A stretch of DNA of 64,000 bases from an uncultured Candidatus Melainabacteria bacterium (GTDB lineage: Bacteria > Cyanobacteriota > Vampirovibrionia > Gastranaerophilales > Gastranaerophilaceae), in assembly GCA_934691935.1 (NCBI GenBank), contig CAKUTH010000001.1, forward strand, positions 222,967 through 286,966. The letters are read 5' to 3'. Positions 28,687 through 39,738 of this stretch are shown here, piece by piece. Under the pieces are notes generated by a model. It ran no database searches, was not told the origin of the DNA, and was given only the letters and a program-made list of their open reading frames with translations. How positions within the stretch are numbered: the first letter of the stretch is position 1; the number at the start of each line of letters is the position of its first letter. The position numbers and the translations under genes are program-made.

Positions 28687-30348
28687 TTAAATATCAAATA
28701 ATCTGTGCAAACGAGTTTGAATATCTTCTTCATCTAAATCTTGAGTAACCTTGTTCAAATCAATCGCCATTTGATAGTAATGTGCTGAGTCATTTGTAAA
28801 TCCCATAGCTTGAGAGGCTCTGCCTGCGTTAAAATAAGCAAGAGTGTAACTTGGATTTAGCTCAATTGCGGTTTCAAAGTATTCAAGAGCTTCTTCTGCA
28901 TCATTCAACCCATCAAGATAAAGGATTCCAAGATTATTGTGAGCATATTCATTTTCAGGATTTAAGTCAATCGCTTTGTGGAACGAAACAAGTGCTTCTT
29001 CCAAATAATCATTTTCCCACAAGGCGATACCTGCTTTTGAGTACCCTCTGTAATCATCTGGATTAAGCATAATCGCGTCGCAATAAGTTCTAATTGCGCT
29101 ATCCAAATCATAGGTTGCCATATACGTATCACCAAGCGCTAAATATAATTCATAATTATTCGGATCAAGAATTAACCCAGCCTGATAGGTTGAAATACCA
29201 GCCTCAATATTTCCTTTAATTTCAGTGTAAATAGACCCAAGAGCTTGGCAGACAATAGATGTCCATTCTTTGTCAGGGTTGATTGAAATAGCTTTTTGAT
29301 AGTGTTCGATAGCATCATCATATAATTCAGCCTTTGAATAAGCATAAGCAAGTGAATTATTGTAAAATGGATTTTCGCTATCGTTATCAACAGCCAACTT
29401 AAACGCACTTATTGAATTGATTTTATCTTCTTTATTCAAATACAAGTGTCCCAATTCATAATAGATTTGAGCAGTATCTAAATTGAACTCTAAAAGTCTT
29501 TCGTAACAATCAATTGCATCATCAACATTTTCAGGGAAGTAAGTTTGCAAAACTGTTGCCAGCTTAACCAAAACTTCTCGGTTTTGTGGGTTTTGTTCAA
29601 GCACTTTTCTATAGCAATCAACTGCAAAATCTAATTCTTTATTTTTAAGAGCTATATCGCCAATTTTGTTATAATAAATTTCGCCATGACTCGTTGCAGT
29701 AACAGCTTGCTTATACAAATTCTCAGCAGTAGGGTACAGCTTGAATTTTTCTAGGAATTTCCCAACTGTATTGTAAGTAAACACTGAAAAATCGTCTGAA
29801 ATGTTTTTATAAAACATTTTCATCGACGGCTTATCCCATGCCAGCATTATGCTACCCGAGATGAAATAATATAAGAAATTAAAATAATCTGTAGCTTTTG
29901 CTTCTTGAGAATTTATTTTCTGCAAAATTGACTGCGATAATATTAATCTTGGGCGAGCTGATTTCATTTTTCCCATTCTTATTGCAGATTTAAACTCTTG
30001 TTCTGCGGATTTGAAATCATTTGCCAATTTCATGAAAAATCCAGTGTACAAATGTGCATTAAGATTTTGTGGAGCTAATGAAACTGCAGTTTTACATTGT
30101 TCTATAGCTGTATCCAAGCTAATTTGCCCTTGTTCCCACATTAAAGTAGCAAGCCTGTAATACGCTTCAGGCATCGCTGGGTCGTACTTAACAGCGTCAA
30201 TATAAGCCTCGATGGCTTCTTGCAAATCGCTATTCTGCAAACGCACCAAATATTTTTCGTGTGCATTTCTGGCTTTTTCTAGTGCAATCTTAGCTTTATC
30301 AGGGTTTGCTGACTGTATCGATTGTAGTAAAATTTGTTCTGACATCAA
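28687..30348 (-). CDS. tetratricopeptide (TPR) repeat protein
   Basis: 553 aa of tandem TPR-like units (AxxYYxLG...A...Y/F..A). Confidence 0.75.
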   Translation of the reverse strand: MMSEQILLQSIQSANPDKAKIALEKARNAHEKYLVRLQNSDLQEAIEAYIDAVKYDPAMPEAYYRLATLMWEQGQISLDTAIEQCKTAVSLAPQNLNAHLYTGFFMKLANDFKSAEQEFKSAIRMGKMKSARPRLILSQSILQKINSQEAKATDYFNFLYYFISGSIMLAWDKPSMKMFYKNISDDFSVFTYNTVGKFLEKFKLYPTAENLYKQAVTATSHGEIYYNKIGDIALKNKELDFAVDCYRKVLEQNPQNREVLVKLATVLQTYFPENVDDAIDCYERLLEFNLDTAQIYYELGHLYLNKEDKINSISAFKLAVDNDSENPFYNNSLAYAYSKAELYDDAIEHYQKAISINPDKEWTSIVCQALGSIYTEIKGNIEAGISTYQAGLILDPNNYELYLALGDTYMATYDLDSAIRTYCDAIMLNPDDYRGYSKAGIALWENDYLEEALVSFHKAIDLNPENEYAHNNLGILYLDGLNDAEEALEYFETAIELNPSYTLAYFNAGRASQAMGFTNDSAHYYQMAIDLNKVTQDLDEEDIQTRLHRLFDI

Positions 30349-30453
30349 TGAGCTCCAATAAGATGTGTGTTTTCTTTCATAAATAATCTTTCGACATTAT
30401 TTATTCTAATCTTTACAAAACTTAATTAATATCATCTACATGGAGTATAAATT

Positions 30454-31677
30454 TTACTTATTTGAAAACGAATAAACGATTTCTCGATTGTATTCTTCTC
30501 CAGCTTTCAAAATACCTTTTTCTTTAAAATTTTCAGTATTTATTGCGTTCGGATAAAATTGAGGTTCTACACAAAACGAAGAACGTTTTTCATAACGACT
30601 TCTACTCTTTCCTTCAGGTTGCGCGGATTTGCCTAAATGGTTGGCAGTATAAAACTGAAACCCTGAAAGATTTGTCGAAACTTTCATATTTATTCCTGTT
30701 TTTTCAGATAAAACATCTGCGACCTCAACCAAACTCTTGCCATCATAGTTATCTACGCAATAATTTTGGTCAAACCCTGTACCTATTTTTATTTGTTCAT
30801 GCTCTGAATTTATAACATCTCCGATTTTTTTAGGTGTTTTAAAATCAAAAGGCGTACCTTCTACATCCGCAATCTCTCCTGTTGGGACTGCGATTTCACT
30901 ATTAACCGTGTATTTTGAAGAATTCGGTAACTTTACAATATGGTCTAAAACAGAATTTTCTGAAGTATTTTCAGCTCCATCAAGATTAAAATAGGAGTGA
31001 TTTGTTAAATTCACAATGGTATCTTTGTCAGTTTTTGCGCTATATAAAACGTGAAGTCTGTTTGCATTATCAAACTTATACGTAACATGCATTTCAACAT
31101 TCGCAGGATAACCATTTTCCATATCTTTTTTAGTATAAGAAAATTCAATACCGTCTTTTAAAGGTTTTGCTTTCCAATTCTTAACATCAAGTCCCTTGCT
31201 TCCACCGTGAGAATGCGTTTTCCCGTTATCTTTATTACATTCTAAAGTATATTCTTTTCCATTCAATATAAACTTGCCGTCGCTGATTTTGTTTGCATAA
31301 GGTCCAATTGTACCACCAGCATGCCCGACAGGTGCAGTTTCATAAGGAGTTACATTATTGTATCCTTGAGTTACATCAACCATTTTTCCATTTTTATCTG
31401 GAACTTTTATGGACGTGATAGTTGCACCAAATGTAGATAAATCTACACTTGCGCCATTTTTATTTTTTATTGTGTAAAGGTATGTTTTTTCACCAGATTT
31501 TAATGTACCAAAAGATTTTTTGCTTATTTCCATGCCTGAATAATCATTTACATCTTGTACAGTTTTGACGTAAGTGTCTTTCATTGGCTCTTGTTGTAAA
31601 AAAGCTGTTTGTACAATTTTGTGAGAAATATTATTGTTTGGGTTAAACATCACGTGTGGATTAAAATCTATTGGCAT
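30454..31677 (-). CDS. aldose 1-epimerase (galactose mutarotase) family protein
   Basis: 407 aa. Conserved THSHGG and NLTNHSYFNL segments. Confidence 0.75.
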   Translation of the reverse strand: MPIDFNPHVMFNPNNNISHKIVQTAFLQQEPMKDTYVKTVQDVNDYSGMEISKKSFGTLKSGEKTYLYTIKNKNGASVDLSTFGATITSIKVPDKNGKMVDVTQGYNNVTPYETAPVGHAGGTIGPYANKISDGKFILNGKEYTLECNKDNGKTHSHGGSKGLDVKNWKAKPLKDGIEFSYTKKDMENGYPANVEMHVTYKFDNANRLHVLYSAKTDKDTIVNLTNHSYFNLDGAENTSENSVLDHIVKLPNSSKYTVNSEIAVPTGEIADVEGTPFDFKTPKKIGDVINSEHEQIKIGTGFDQNYCVDNYDGKSLVEVADVLSEKTGINMKVSTNLSGFQFYTANHLGKSAQPEGKSRSRYEKRSSFCVEPQFYPNAINTENFKEKGILKAGEEYNREIVYSFSNK

Positions 31678-31714
31678 TACATACTCCTTTTTTCTTTATT
31701 TTAGCATAAATTAT

Positions 31715-33097
31715 TTAAACCAAAATTTCTTGCTCACATTTGTAAATAACATATCCCAAATTTGCTTTTGGCGGTTTCTTTAAATATTTCCGCTTTGTAT
31801 AAATTACACTAACCTTTGAGGACAATGAGCCTTTTGAATATTTTTTTGCAAGTTTTGCACACTCAAATATTAATTTGTCAGATGGATTTTCGCATTTCAA
31901 AAGAACGTGAGAACCCGCACAATCTCTTGTATGAAACCATAAATCTTCATCTTTGGATAACTTTGATACAATGTAGTCGTTTTGTCTGTTATTTTTTCCG
32001 ACATAGACATCAAAACCTTCTATTTGCAACGGTTCAATCATCACTTTTTTTGTAGATTTAACTTGCTTTTCTGGTTCAATTTCTGATTTTATTTCTAATA
32101 ACTCGTCCATATCGTTCGCCAATTCCAGCGAATAAAGAATTTGTTCATTATATTCAATATTTTCTTTAAGTTTTAACGACATCTCCTGCATTTTTTCATG
32201 TGCAGTTTTAGATTTGTTATACAACTTATAATACCTGTTAGCATTATCTTTCAGGGTTTTTGTTTCATCAAGTTCTATTGAATTTTCACAATTATTTTCG
32301 TAATCATAAACATTTATCGTTTTTAAATAATCTTTATTGTTATAAAGATTTGCCATTATCAAATCGCCATACAACCTGTATTTATCATAATCTTTATCGT
32401 TAGCTGATTGTATTTTTTTTAGAGATGTTTTATCTTTTTTAATTTTTTTATTTACAATTTGCGCGCAATCGGATTTTACCCTTTTGATTTTATCGTCACT
32501 AATTATTTGCGCATAATATGAATCAATTTCTGACGGCAAAATATTCTTATCCGCACAATACCAACTGTTTGGACGTCCTGACGGATAAACGTAAGGCAAT
32601 CCCCCAGCCATTTCACGTTCTCGACTTTTTTCAGCTCCGACATTATGCGCACAGCCTAAAATTATATTCGTATCGTAATTGTATAAAATAACATTGGAAT
32701 ATTTTCCCATAAGTTCAATTGCCAAGCACAAATAAATTTTTTCAGACAACTCATTATATGTTTCTATATAAAACTCCAAAATCCTTTCGAACTCAGGTTG
32801 TTCAACATGTGATATAACCGCATTTTCTAAATATTTTCTTAAAAGCATACAAAACATTGGCGGTTTTTGAGGGATTTCAATAAACCGTTTTAACTCATTT
32901 TCCTTACTCATGAAACACACATGATAATATTGAGGGTTAATATTTATATAAAATTTCCTTGATTCACCTTTGTTTCTGATTACAAACACAAAATCTCGTC
33001 TTGTCGGTTGCTGAATTTTTTGTATCCTTGCACCCGTTAAAAAATCCGAATTTTCCCCTATCCAATTTTTGAGCATCAAGCTATTATAATTAATCAT
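31715..33097 (-). CDS. NFACT-family protein (FbpA/RqcH-like; NFACT-N plus NFACT-R/DUF814)
   Basis: 460 aa. N-terminal FbpA-type domain (LTGARIQKIQQP...VFVIR). C-terminal DLWFHTRDCAGSHVLL ... YTKRKYLKKPPKANLGYV (NFACT-R). Confidence 0.65.
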   Translation of the reverse strand: MINYNSLMLKNWIGENSDFLTGARIQKIQQPTRRDFVFVIRNKGESRKFYININPQYYHVCFMSKENELKRFIEIPQKPPMFCMLLRKYLENAVISHVEQPEFERILEFYIETYNELSEKIYLCLAIELMGKYSNVILYNYDTNIILGCAHNVGAEKSREREMAGGLPYVYPSGRPNSWYCADKNILPSEIDSYYAQIISDDKIKRVKSDCAQIVNKKIKKDKTSLKKIQSANDKDYDKYRLYGDLIMANLYNNKDYLKTINVYDYENNCENSIELDETKTLKDNANRYYKLYNKSKTAHEKMQEMSLKLKENIEYNEQILYSLELANDMDELLEIKSEIEPEKQVKSTKKVMIEPLQIEGFDVYVGKNNRQNDYIVSKLSKDEDLWFHTRDCAGSHVLLKCENPSDKLIFECAKLAKKYSKGSLSSKVSVIYTKRKYLKKPPKANLGYVIYKCEQEILV

Positions 33098-33166
33098 ACA
33101 AATAGTTTACAATGAATTAAAGTCATAAACAAGTAAAAAAAATACATACAACTAGCAAAAAAAATT

Positions 33167-33937
33167 TTGTTTGGATTTATAATGAATATGAACATATTAA
33201 AAATAAACCAAAAAGCATTATTTTACCCTCAAAAAATCGCAAAGGGAACTCAAGCAGAACGACTTCTAAAAGCAACAGCATCTAGCATAGATGTATTTAA
33301 AGAATTACGCTACGACTTTGTAAATAGAGAAATTAAGGCATCAGACGTAAAAAGAGGTCTAAAAAAAGTTGCTGGCAAAGATATCGGGGTAAGAATTGAA
33401 CTTAAAGACACACCTAATAGCACAAAGACTGGAGTTTACGGAACTACAACTGGACTCAAGGGGTATGTCCTACATTTACAAAACATTTTCTATACAAAGA
33501 AAATTTCTCAAGGGCAATTACCTGTAATTATGCAACGAATAAATGAAATGTTTATTTTTGCATTCAATCCAAAAATCATAAAAAGAGAAGTTTCGATTTT
33601 TTCCAAAAGGCAAGACCTTAAAGCATGCAATGAATTTTTTACAGAATACATAAGCGGTAAAAAAAGTCCTACTGACAAACTCTTAAACAAATTATTAAGC
33701 AAAAAACCAGTCGAAGAACAAATCAATTTATTACAATTGCTCCGATACAAAACAATGACAAAACTTGGTTTGGCACAAGCTGAGTCAACCTTAGACAGAC
33801 ACATTTGCAAATTTGAAAACAGTCATATTATTAACAAAAATTATGATAAGAAAATTCAAGATTTGAATTCAAAATTAGAAATTTTGAATAACAAACTCGC
33901 GCAAATCATTAAAAAAGAAAGAGCAAAAATGTCTTAA
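33167..33937 (+). CDS. hypothetical protein with C-terminal coiled coil
   Basis: 256-aa ORF. No recognisable motifs. Confidence 0.4.
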   Translation: MFGFIMNMNILKINQKALFYPQKIAKGTQAERLLKATASSIDVFKELRYDFVNREIKASDVKRGLKKVAGKDIGVRIELKDTPNSTKTGVYGTTTGLKGYVLHLQNIFYTKKISQGQLPVIMQRINEMFIFAFNPKIIKREVSIFSKRQDLKACNEFFTEYISGKKSPTDKLLNKLLSKKPVEEQINLLQLLRYKTMTKLGLAQAESTLDRHICKFENSHIINKNYDKKIQDLNSKLEILNNKLAQIIKKERAKMS

Positions 33938-34046
33938 GATTGTATTTCAATTTTTGACAATTAAAATTTCACCATTATTTAAGCCCATTCATTATATTGA
34001 CATAACTAGAAATATAAACTATAATTGAGCAAAAGGAGAGTTTAAA

Positions 34047-34472
34047 ATGGCGTTATGGGAAATTTTTGTGGTTGCAGGTCTTGTGTTTGTCATTCTTGAA
34101 ATGCTTGTACCTTCAATGTTCTTTTTAAATCTTGCTGTCGCAGGGTTTGTTACTGCGGTTGTTTCATTATTCATAGGCAATTGGGTTACTTTGATACTAA
34201 TTTTTGTAGTTTTATCATTGCTTTCAATTTTATTACTTCGTCCGATTCTTTTGAGAACAAAAGAAACAAAAGAACAACAAACTGGTATGGAAGGCAAATA
34301 TATCGGGAAAATCGTTAAAGTAATTGAACCAGTTGACAGATTTCATGGCGCAATAACTGTGTATGATGAAAGATGGGATGCTCGTTCTGATTGTGATGAA
34401 CCAATTCCTGCAGGAACAGAAGTTAGAATTGTAAAATACGACAGTTTAGTATTAACAGTAGAGAAAATTTAA
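34047..34472 (+). CDS. NfeD-family membrane protein (OB-fold C-terminus)
   Basis: 141 aa. N-terminal TM helices plus C-terminal beta-rich domain. Immediately upstream of an SPFH gene, the classic pairing. Confidence 0.7.
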   Translation: MALWEIFVVAGLVFVILEMLVPSMFFLNLAVAGFVTAVVSLFIGNWVTLILIFVVLSLLSILLLRPILLRTKETKEQQTGMEGKYIGKIVKVIEPVDRFHGAITVYDERWDARSDCDEPIPAGTEVRIVKYDSLVLTVEKI

Positions 34473-34495
34473 CATAACAGAAAGGACATAATAAT

Positions 34496-35467
34496 ATGAG
34501 CTTTATTTTATTAATTTTACTTGTAGCACTATTGATATATGTATTTAAAGGGATTATCATTGTGCAACAGCAACAACAAGTTATCATTGAAAGAATGGGA
34601 CGTTACGAAAAAACACTTAGCGCAGGTCCTAACTTTATTTTTCCAATTTTAGAAGCTCCAAGAGGCATTTTGAAAAAAGTTTCACAAAAGAACTTTGATG
34701 GCACTGGATATTATTACCTTAAACCTGTTGATAGAATTGATTTAAGAGAACAAATGTACGATTTTCCTCGCCAAAACGTAATCACAAGAGATAACGTTTC
34801 TATAACAATCAACGCGTTGATTTATTTCCAAATCGTTGATGCAAAAAGTGCTGTTTATGAAATCGAAAATCTGCCTGAAGCAATCGAAAAATTAACTCAA
34901 ACAACATTAAGAAACCTTGTTGGACAAATGGATTTGCAAGAGACTTTAACATCTCGCGGTAAGATTAACGATGAATTGAGAACTACTCTTGATGAAGCTA
35001 CAAACAAATGGGGCGTAAAAGTTAACCGTGTTGAAATCCAAGACATTTTCCCACCAGCAGACATTCAGGCTTCAATGGATAAATTAATGAAAGCTGATAG
35101 AGAAAAGAAAGCTACTATCACTGAAGCTGAAGGTTTGAAAGAAGCCGCAATCAGAAAAGCTGAAGGTGAAAAAGAAGCTGCTATTCGCTCTGCAGAAGGT
35201 GCAAAACAAGCAGAAATATTAAGAGCAGAAGGTATTGCCCAAGCTCGTGTAATTGAAGCAAATGCTGAAAAAGAAGCAATTCAAAGAATTATTGATGCAT
35301 TGTCAGACAAAGGTCAACCTGATAAATACTTAATTGCAATGAAATATTTAGACACCATGACCGCAATAACAAGTGGCGAAAACAACAAGGTTGTTTATAT
35401 GCCTTATGAAGCAACTGGAATATTATCATCAGTTGACGGCATCAAACAAATGTTTGATAAAAAATAG
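34496..35467 (+). CDS. SPFH/band-7 (stomatin/prohibitin-like) domain protein
   Basis: 323 aa. N-terminal TM, SPFH core and C-terminal Ala/Glu-rich coiled coil. Confidence 0.85.
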   Translation: MSFILLILLVALLIYVFKGIIIVQQQQQVIIERMGRYEKTLSAGPNFIFPILEAPRGILKKVSQKNFDGTGYYYLKPVDRIDLREQMYDFPRQNVITRDNVSITINALIYFQIVDAKSAVYEIENLPEAIEKLTQTTLRNLVGQMDLQETLTSRGKINDELRTTLDEATNKWGVKVNRVEIQDIFPPADIQASMDKLMKADREKKATITEAEGLKEAAIRKAEGEKEAAIRSAEGAKQAEILRAEGIAQARVIEANAEKEAIQRIIDALSDKGQPDKYLIAMKYLDTMTAITSGENNKVVYMPYEATGILSSVDGIKQMFDKK

Positions 35468-35483
35468 ATATTAGATTTTCAAC

Positions 35484-35516
35484 AAATAAGGAGAACTTTT
35501 CTCCTTATTTGTTTTT
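35484..35516 (+). terminator. rho-independent terminator (AAATAAGGAGAA-ctt-TTCTCCTTATTT + GTTTTT)
   Basis: Perfect 12-bp stem followed by a T-tract, 17 nt after the SPFH stop. Confidence 0.7.
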
Positions 35517-35528
35517 AGGGATAAAAAC

Positions 35529-36203
35529 TTGAGCAATATTTGTATATTAATACCAGCTTATAATCCTGACGAGCGGTTAATAGAGCTATATACGGAGTTA
35601 AAGAACATATTTAATATAGTAATTGTGGATGATGGAAGTGTAGACAAAACTATATTCAATGTCATTAATCCGAAAAATATCGTAGTTCATTCTAAAAATA
35701 TGGGCAAGGGTGAAGCTCTAAAAAACGGCATGAAGTACATTATAGAAAATTTCCCAAATACCAAAGGTATCGTAACCGCAGATTGCGACTTGCAACATAG
35801 TATCCCAGACATCATAAAACTAGCAAATCAATTGAATACTTCTCCAGATAAATTATATTTTGGAAGCCGAGATTTTTCCATGAAAAATGTTCCATTTCGA
35901 AGTAAAATCGGAAACATTTTGATGTCAAAATTCATAAAAATTATACATAAAATAGACGTTAAAGATACACAAACAGGGTTACGCGGAATTCCTATCGATT
36001 TTGCAAAACATATTTTAAAACTCGGCGGTTCTGACTTTTCGTTTGAAACTGAAATGCTGATTGAAACAAAGACATATAACATTCCAATTAAAGAAATTTC
36101 AATAAGCACTTTATACACTCAAAACAATAAGCACAGCCATTTTAATCCAATAAAAGATTCATATAAAATTGTAATATCGGCATTGGAGAAAAAAGATGTT
36201 TAA
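35529..36203 (+). CDS. family-2 glycosyltransferase (DPM1/ArnC-like)
   Basis: 224 aa. ILIPAYNPDE ... VIVDDGS ... DCDLQH motifs. The track start is a TTG. Confidence 0.75.
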   Translation: MSNICILIPAYNPDERLIELYTELKNIFNIVIVDDGSVDKTIFNVINPKNIVVHSKNMGKGEALKNGMKYIIENFPNTKGIVTADCDLQHSIPDIIKLANQLNTSPDKLYFGSRDFSMKNVPFRSKIGNILMSKFIKIIHKIDVKDTQTGLRGIPIDFAKHILKLGGSDFSFETEMLIETKTYNIPIKEISISTLYTQNNKHSHFNPIKDSYKIVISALEKKDV

Positions 36204-37398
36204 AAAACCCGAATTTATTTTTATTATATTTGCTCTTATATTCGGATTTTTTATGCTTTTTATCACCCCCAAATTTGGAGTATCTGATGAACCTGCACAT
36301 TTTATCAGAGCAAAAGAAGTTTCACAAGGAATACTTTATAATAATTTACCAGAAAATAGAACCGATAATTACCAATACCATGGGGCAAGCGGTTATTCTC
36401 CAGTAATGTATTCTTTTGCTGGTGTCACACTAAAACTTACACAAAAATTTAATGAAGATTTTCAGTTTTACGCAGGCAGAATCGCAAATTTGATTGTATG
36501 GATATTACTCATAGCACTAGCCATTCACATAACACCGATTTTTAAGTGGGCATTTTTTGTAACAGCACTTTTGCCTATGTCTGTGTTTGAAGGAATGTCA
36601 TATTCCGCAGATTCATTTAGCAATGCCTTTGCGTTTTTATATTTTGCCTACATATTCAAATTAATCTTTAACGAAAAGAAATTTTCCTATAAAAAAGATT
36701 TTTTATTACTTCTGTTATTCAGTATTACTGGAGCTTTAAGCAAAGGAATCATACTGCCTTTATTGTTAGTGCCTTTCATACCTATCAAAAAACATAAATA
36801 CTTAATTTTTACGACTTTAATAATTTCTGCAATAGCTACAGGATGTTTATGGTCACATTATAATTACGTTGCGCTTGCGAAAAATGTTAATTATTCTTAC
36901 AACCAAAACTACATAATACATCACCCAATAGAATTCGGCAAATTATTAATCAAAACATATTGTCAAAATGGTACGCATCTATATGGACAAGCATTAGGAA
37001 AACTCGGATGGCAAAAAATTCCATTAAATAATATCTCTTATGGTTTAATAACTCTTACTCTTATGATGTCATTAATATTCTTGCCAGAGAAATATCGTAT
37101 TGATAGAAAACTCAAATTCTTCGGCTTAATTATTTCTATAATTTATACAATAACACTAAGTTGTCTTATGTATTGTATGTGCAACACGCCAAACGATATC
37201 AGGATTATAGGTTTGCAAGGCAGATACTTCCTGTCTATGTTTCCTGCTTTATTCTTGACATTTTACATTGGAGTAGAAAACAAACATCAAAATCTCATAA
37301 AAATTTTTATTACAATCATTTGTTTTGTGATTTTATGCCAAACTTGCTTTAAATTATACGATATTTTGCAACTTGGAGAACAACTCTTTTTTATGTAA
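36196..37398 (+). CDS. polytopic membrane protein, possible GT-C-type glycosyltransferase (DUF2142-like)
   Basis: 400 aa with about 11 TM segments. 8-nt overlap with the upstream GT2 gene. Confidence 0.5.
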   Translation: MFKKPEFIFIIFALIFGFFMLFITPKFGVSDEPAHFIRAKEVSQGILYNNLPENRTDNYQYHGASGYSPVMYSFAGVTLKLTQKFNEDFQFYAGRIANLIVWILLIALAIHITPIFKWAFFVTALLPMSVFEGMSYSADSFSNAFAFLYFAYIFKLIFNEKKFSYKKDFLLLLLFSITGALSKGIILPLLLVPFIPIKKHKYLIFTTLIISAIATGCLWSHYNYVALAKNVNYSYNQNYIIHHPIEFGKLLIKTYCQNGTHLYGQALGKLGWQKIPLNNISYGLITLTLMMSLIFLPEKYRIDRKLKFFGLIISIIYTITLSCLMYCMCNTPNDIRIIGLQGRYFLSMFPALFLTFYIGVENKHQNLIKIFITIICFVILCQTCFKLYDILQLGEQLFFM

Positions 37399-37488
37399 AT
37401 AACAATTTTCTTTACATTAGTTTTATTTTTCCCTTGTTTTTGGTAATATAAAAGTAACTCTGTAGAGAAATAAGAAAAGGAAGATAGA

Positions 37489-39267
37489 ATGATTAAAACA
37501 AGACTAAAGGATCATAATTGTGGAGAGCTTAATCTTAACAATTTGAACGAAGAAGTCACACTTTCAGGTTGGGCTTCAACTATCCGTGATTTGGGCGGTA
37601 TTTTATTTGTAGAATTGAGAGATAGAACAGGATTTTTCCAACTTGTTGCAAACCCTCAAATTAACCCTGATGTACATAAAGTTTTTGAAAAACTTAGATC
37701 AGAATACGTTATAACAGTAAAAGGAAAAATTTCAAAAAGACCTGAAGAAACTTACAACGAAAAATATCCTACAGGTCAGGTTGAAATGTACCCAACTTCT
37801 GTGGAAATCTTGTCAGAAGCTAAAACTTTACCATTTGTTTTGGATGATGAAAATGTTTCCGAAGACGTTCGTTTAAAATACAGATACTTAGATATTAGAC
37901 GTGAAGGCATGCTACATAACTTGACATTACGTCATAAAATCTGTCAAGCTGCAAGAAACTATTTGAATAATCAAGACTTTTTGGAAGTTGAAACTCCTAT
38001 TTTGATTAAAACAACTCCAGAAGGTGCGAGAGATTATCTTGTTCCATCACGTGTACAAGAAGGTAAATTCTATGCGTTACCTCAATCTCCGCAAATTTTC
38101 AAACAATTGTTGATGGTTGGCGGTATTGAAAGATATTATCAAATTGCGAAATGTTTCCGCGATGAGGATTTACGTGCTGACAGACAGCCTGAATTCACTC
38201 AAATCGACCTTGAAATGTCTTTTGTAGAACAACAAGATGTAATCAAATGTGTTGAAGGTTTGATTGTTGATACCTTCAAAGCTGCAGGTGTTGAAGTAAA
38301 ACCTCCGTTTATCCAAATGCCTTGGCAAGAAGCTATGGATAGATTTGGTTCTGACAAACCTGATACTCGTTTTGGATTGGAATTGTTTGATATAGGCGAT
38401 ATTATTTTGCAATCTGAATTCAAAATTGTTAGAGATACTCTTGAAAACGGCGGCATCGTTCGTGGTATTAGAATTCCTGGTGGAGCTAAGTTCTCAAGAA
38501 AAGACATTGATGATATTACAAAACTTGCTGTATCATTCGGTGCAAAAGCTCTTGCAAACATTATTTACAATGAAGATGGCACTGCAAAATCACCTGTACT
38601 AAAATTCGTTACAGAAGAACAAGCTCAAGCTATCAAAGATAGAGCTGGTGCTGAAAACGGCGATATCATCTTCTTTGTAGCAGATAAACCAAAATTAGTT
38701 TACGATATTATGGGTAGATTAAGACTTTATTTCGGTAAAAGATTAGACTTAATCGACGATAGCAAACACAATCTACTTTGGGTTGTTGACTTCCCTATGT
38801 TTGAATGGTCAGACGAAGAAGGTAGATTTATGGCAATGCACCACCCATTCACATCTCCTTGCATCGCAGATTTAGATAAATTAAAATCTGGCGACTTGGG
38901 CAACGTAAAATCTATCGCATACGATATAGTTTACAACGGAACTGAATTGGGCGGTGGTTCTGTTAGAATTCACTCATCAGAAGTTCAAAGCGCAATCTTC
39001 AAGGCTTTAGGCTTAACAGAAGAAGAAGCTAAAGAAAAATTCGGATTTATGGTAAACGCTTTACAATACGGTACTCCACCACATGCTGGTTTGGCTATCG
39101 GTTTAGACAGATTGGTTGCGTTGCTATGCAGAACTGAAAGCATCAGAGATGTAATTGCATTCCCGAAAAACTCAGGTGCTAAAGACCTTATGAGTGATGC
39201 TCCAGGAGAAGCATCTTTACAACAGTTGAGAGAATTGCATTTAAAAAGCACTGCTCACAATCAGTAA
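37489..39267 (+). CDS. aspS: aspartate--tRNA ligase
   Basis: 592 aa. Class II motifs (FRDEDLRADRQPEFTQID; GGGSVRIH; GLAIGLDRLV). Anticodon-binding OB fold at the N-terminus. Confidence 0.95.
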   Translation: MIKTRLKDHNCGELNLNNLNEEVTLSGWASTIRDLGGILFVELRDRTGFFQLVANPQINPDVHKVFEKLRSEYVITVKGKISKRPEETYNEKYPTGQVEMYPTSVEILSEAKTLPFVLDDENVSEDVRLKYRYLDIRREGMLHNLTLRHKICQAARNYLNNQDFLEVETPILIKTTPEGARDYLVPSRVQEGKFYALPQSPQIFKQLLMVGGIERYYQIAKCFRDEDLRADRQPEFTQIDLEMSFVEQQDVIKCVEGLIVDTFKAAGVEVKPPFIQMPWQEAMDRFGSDKPDTRFGLELFDIGDIILQSEFKIVRDTLENGGIVRGIRIPGGAKFSRKDIDDITKLAVSFGAKALANIIYNEDGTAKSPVLKFVTEEQAQAIKDRAGAENGDIIFFVADKPKLVYDIMGRLRLYFGKRLDLIDDSKHNLLWVVDFPMFEWSDEEGRFMAMHHPFTSPCIADLDKLKSGDLGNVKSIAYDIVYNGTELGGGSVRIHSSEVQSAIFKALGLTEEEAKEKFGFMVNALQYGTPPHAGLAIGLDRLVALLCRTESIRDVIAFPKNSGAKDLMSDAPGEASLQQLRELHLKSTAHNQ

Positions 39268-39283
39268 TTCTAGAAATTATACA

Positions 39284-39318
39284 TAAAAAAAGAACCCAAT
39301 ATGGGTTCTTTTTTTTAT
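39284..39318. terminator. bidirectional rho-independent terminator (A-tract AGAACCCA-ATAT-TGGGTTCT T-tract)
   Basis: Perfect 8-bp stem flanked by A7 and T8. Lies between convergent aspS and the 39332-39652 gene. Confidence 0.8.
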
Positions 39319-39331
39319 AAAAAATTTTTAT

Positions 39332-39652
39332 TTAGATTTTTTCACCTTTACTTTTTTGCCATTTTCCTTTTGTCATAACATCATTAAATTTATTGATAAT
39401 TGCTTTGCAAAAATCACTTCTGTGTCGCGCATCTTCGTATGGAAAACTTAAATCTACAAAATTTCCATTTTCAAAAGTTGCGATACCGCTAATTTCTTTT
39501 CCATTTGGGATTTTTGCTGAAACTTGGATTATGTCTGGATGTTCAGGCATATTAGAATATGCTGTTTTGTATAATTTGTTCATTACTTGTGCAATATTTC
39601 TTGCCGCACCTTTTGGATTGTTTCCTTGAAAGCTAACTGGTTGTATTTGCAT
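39332..39652 (-). CDS. hypothetical protein
   Basis: 106-aa ORF. No recognisable motifs. Confidence 0.4.
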   Translation of the reverse strand: MQIQPVSFQGNNPKGAARNIAQVMNKLYKTAYSNMPEHPDIIQVSAKIPNGKEISGIATFENGNFVDLSFPYEDARHRSDFCKAIINKFNDVMTKGKWQKSKGEKI

Positions 39653-39738
39653 TTTTTCCCCTTTTTAAATTATTAAACCTCAAAAAAAATAATTTTGCTA
39701 ATATTTTACGTAATATTAATTTGTAATATAATAAAAAT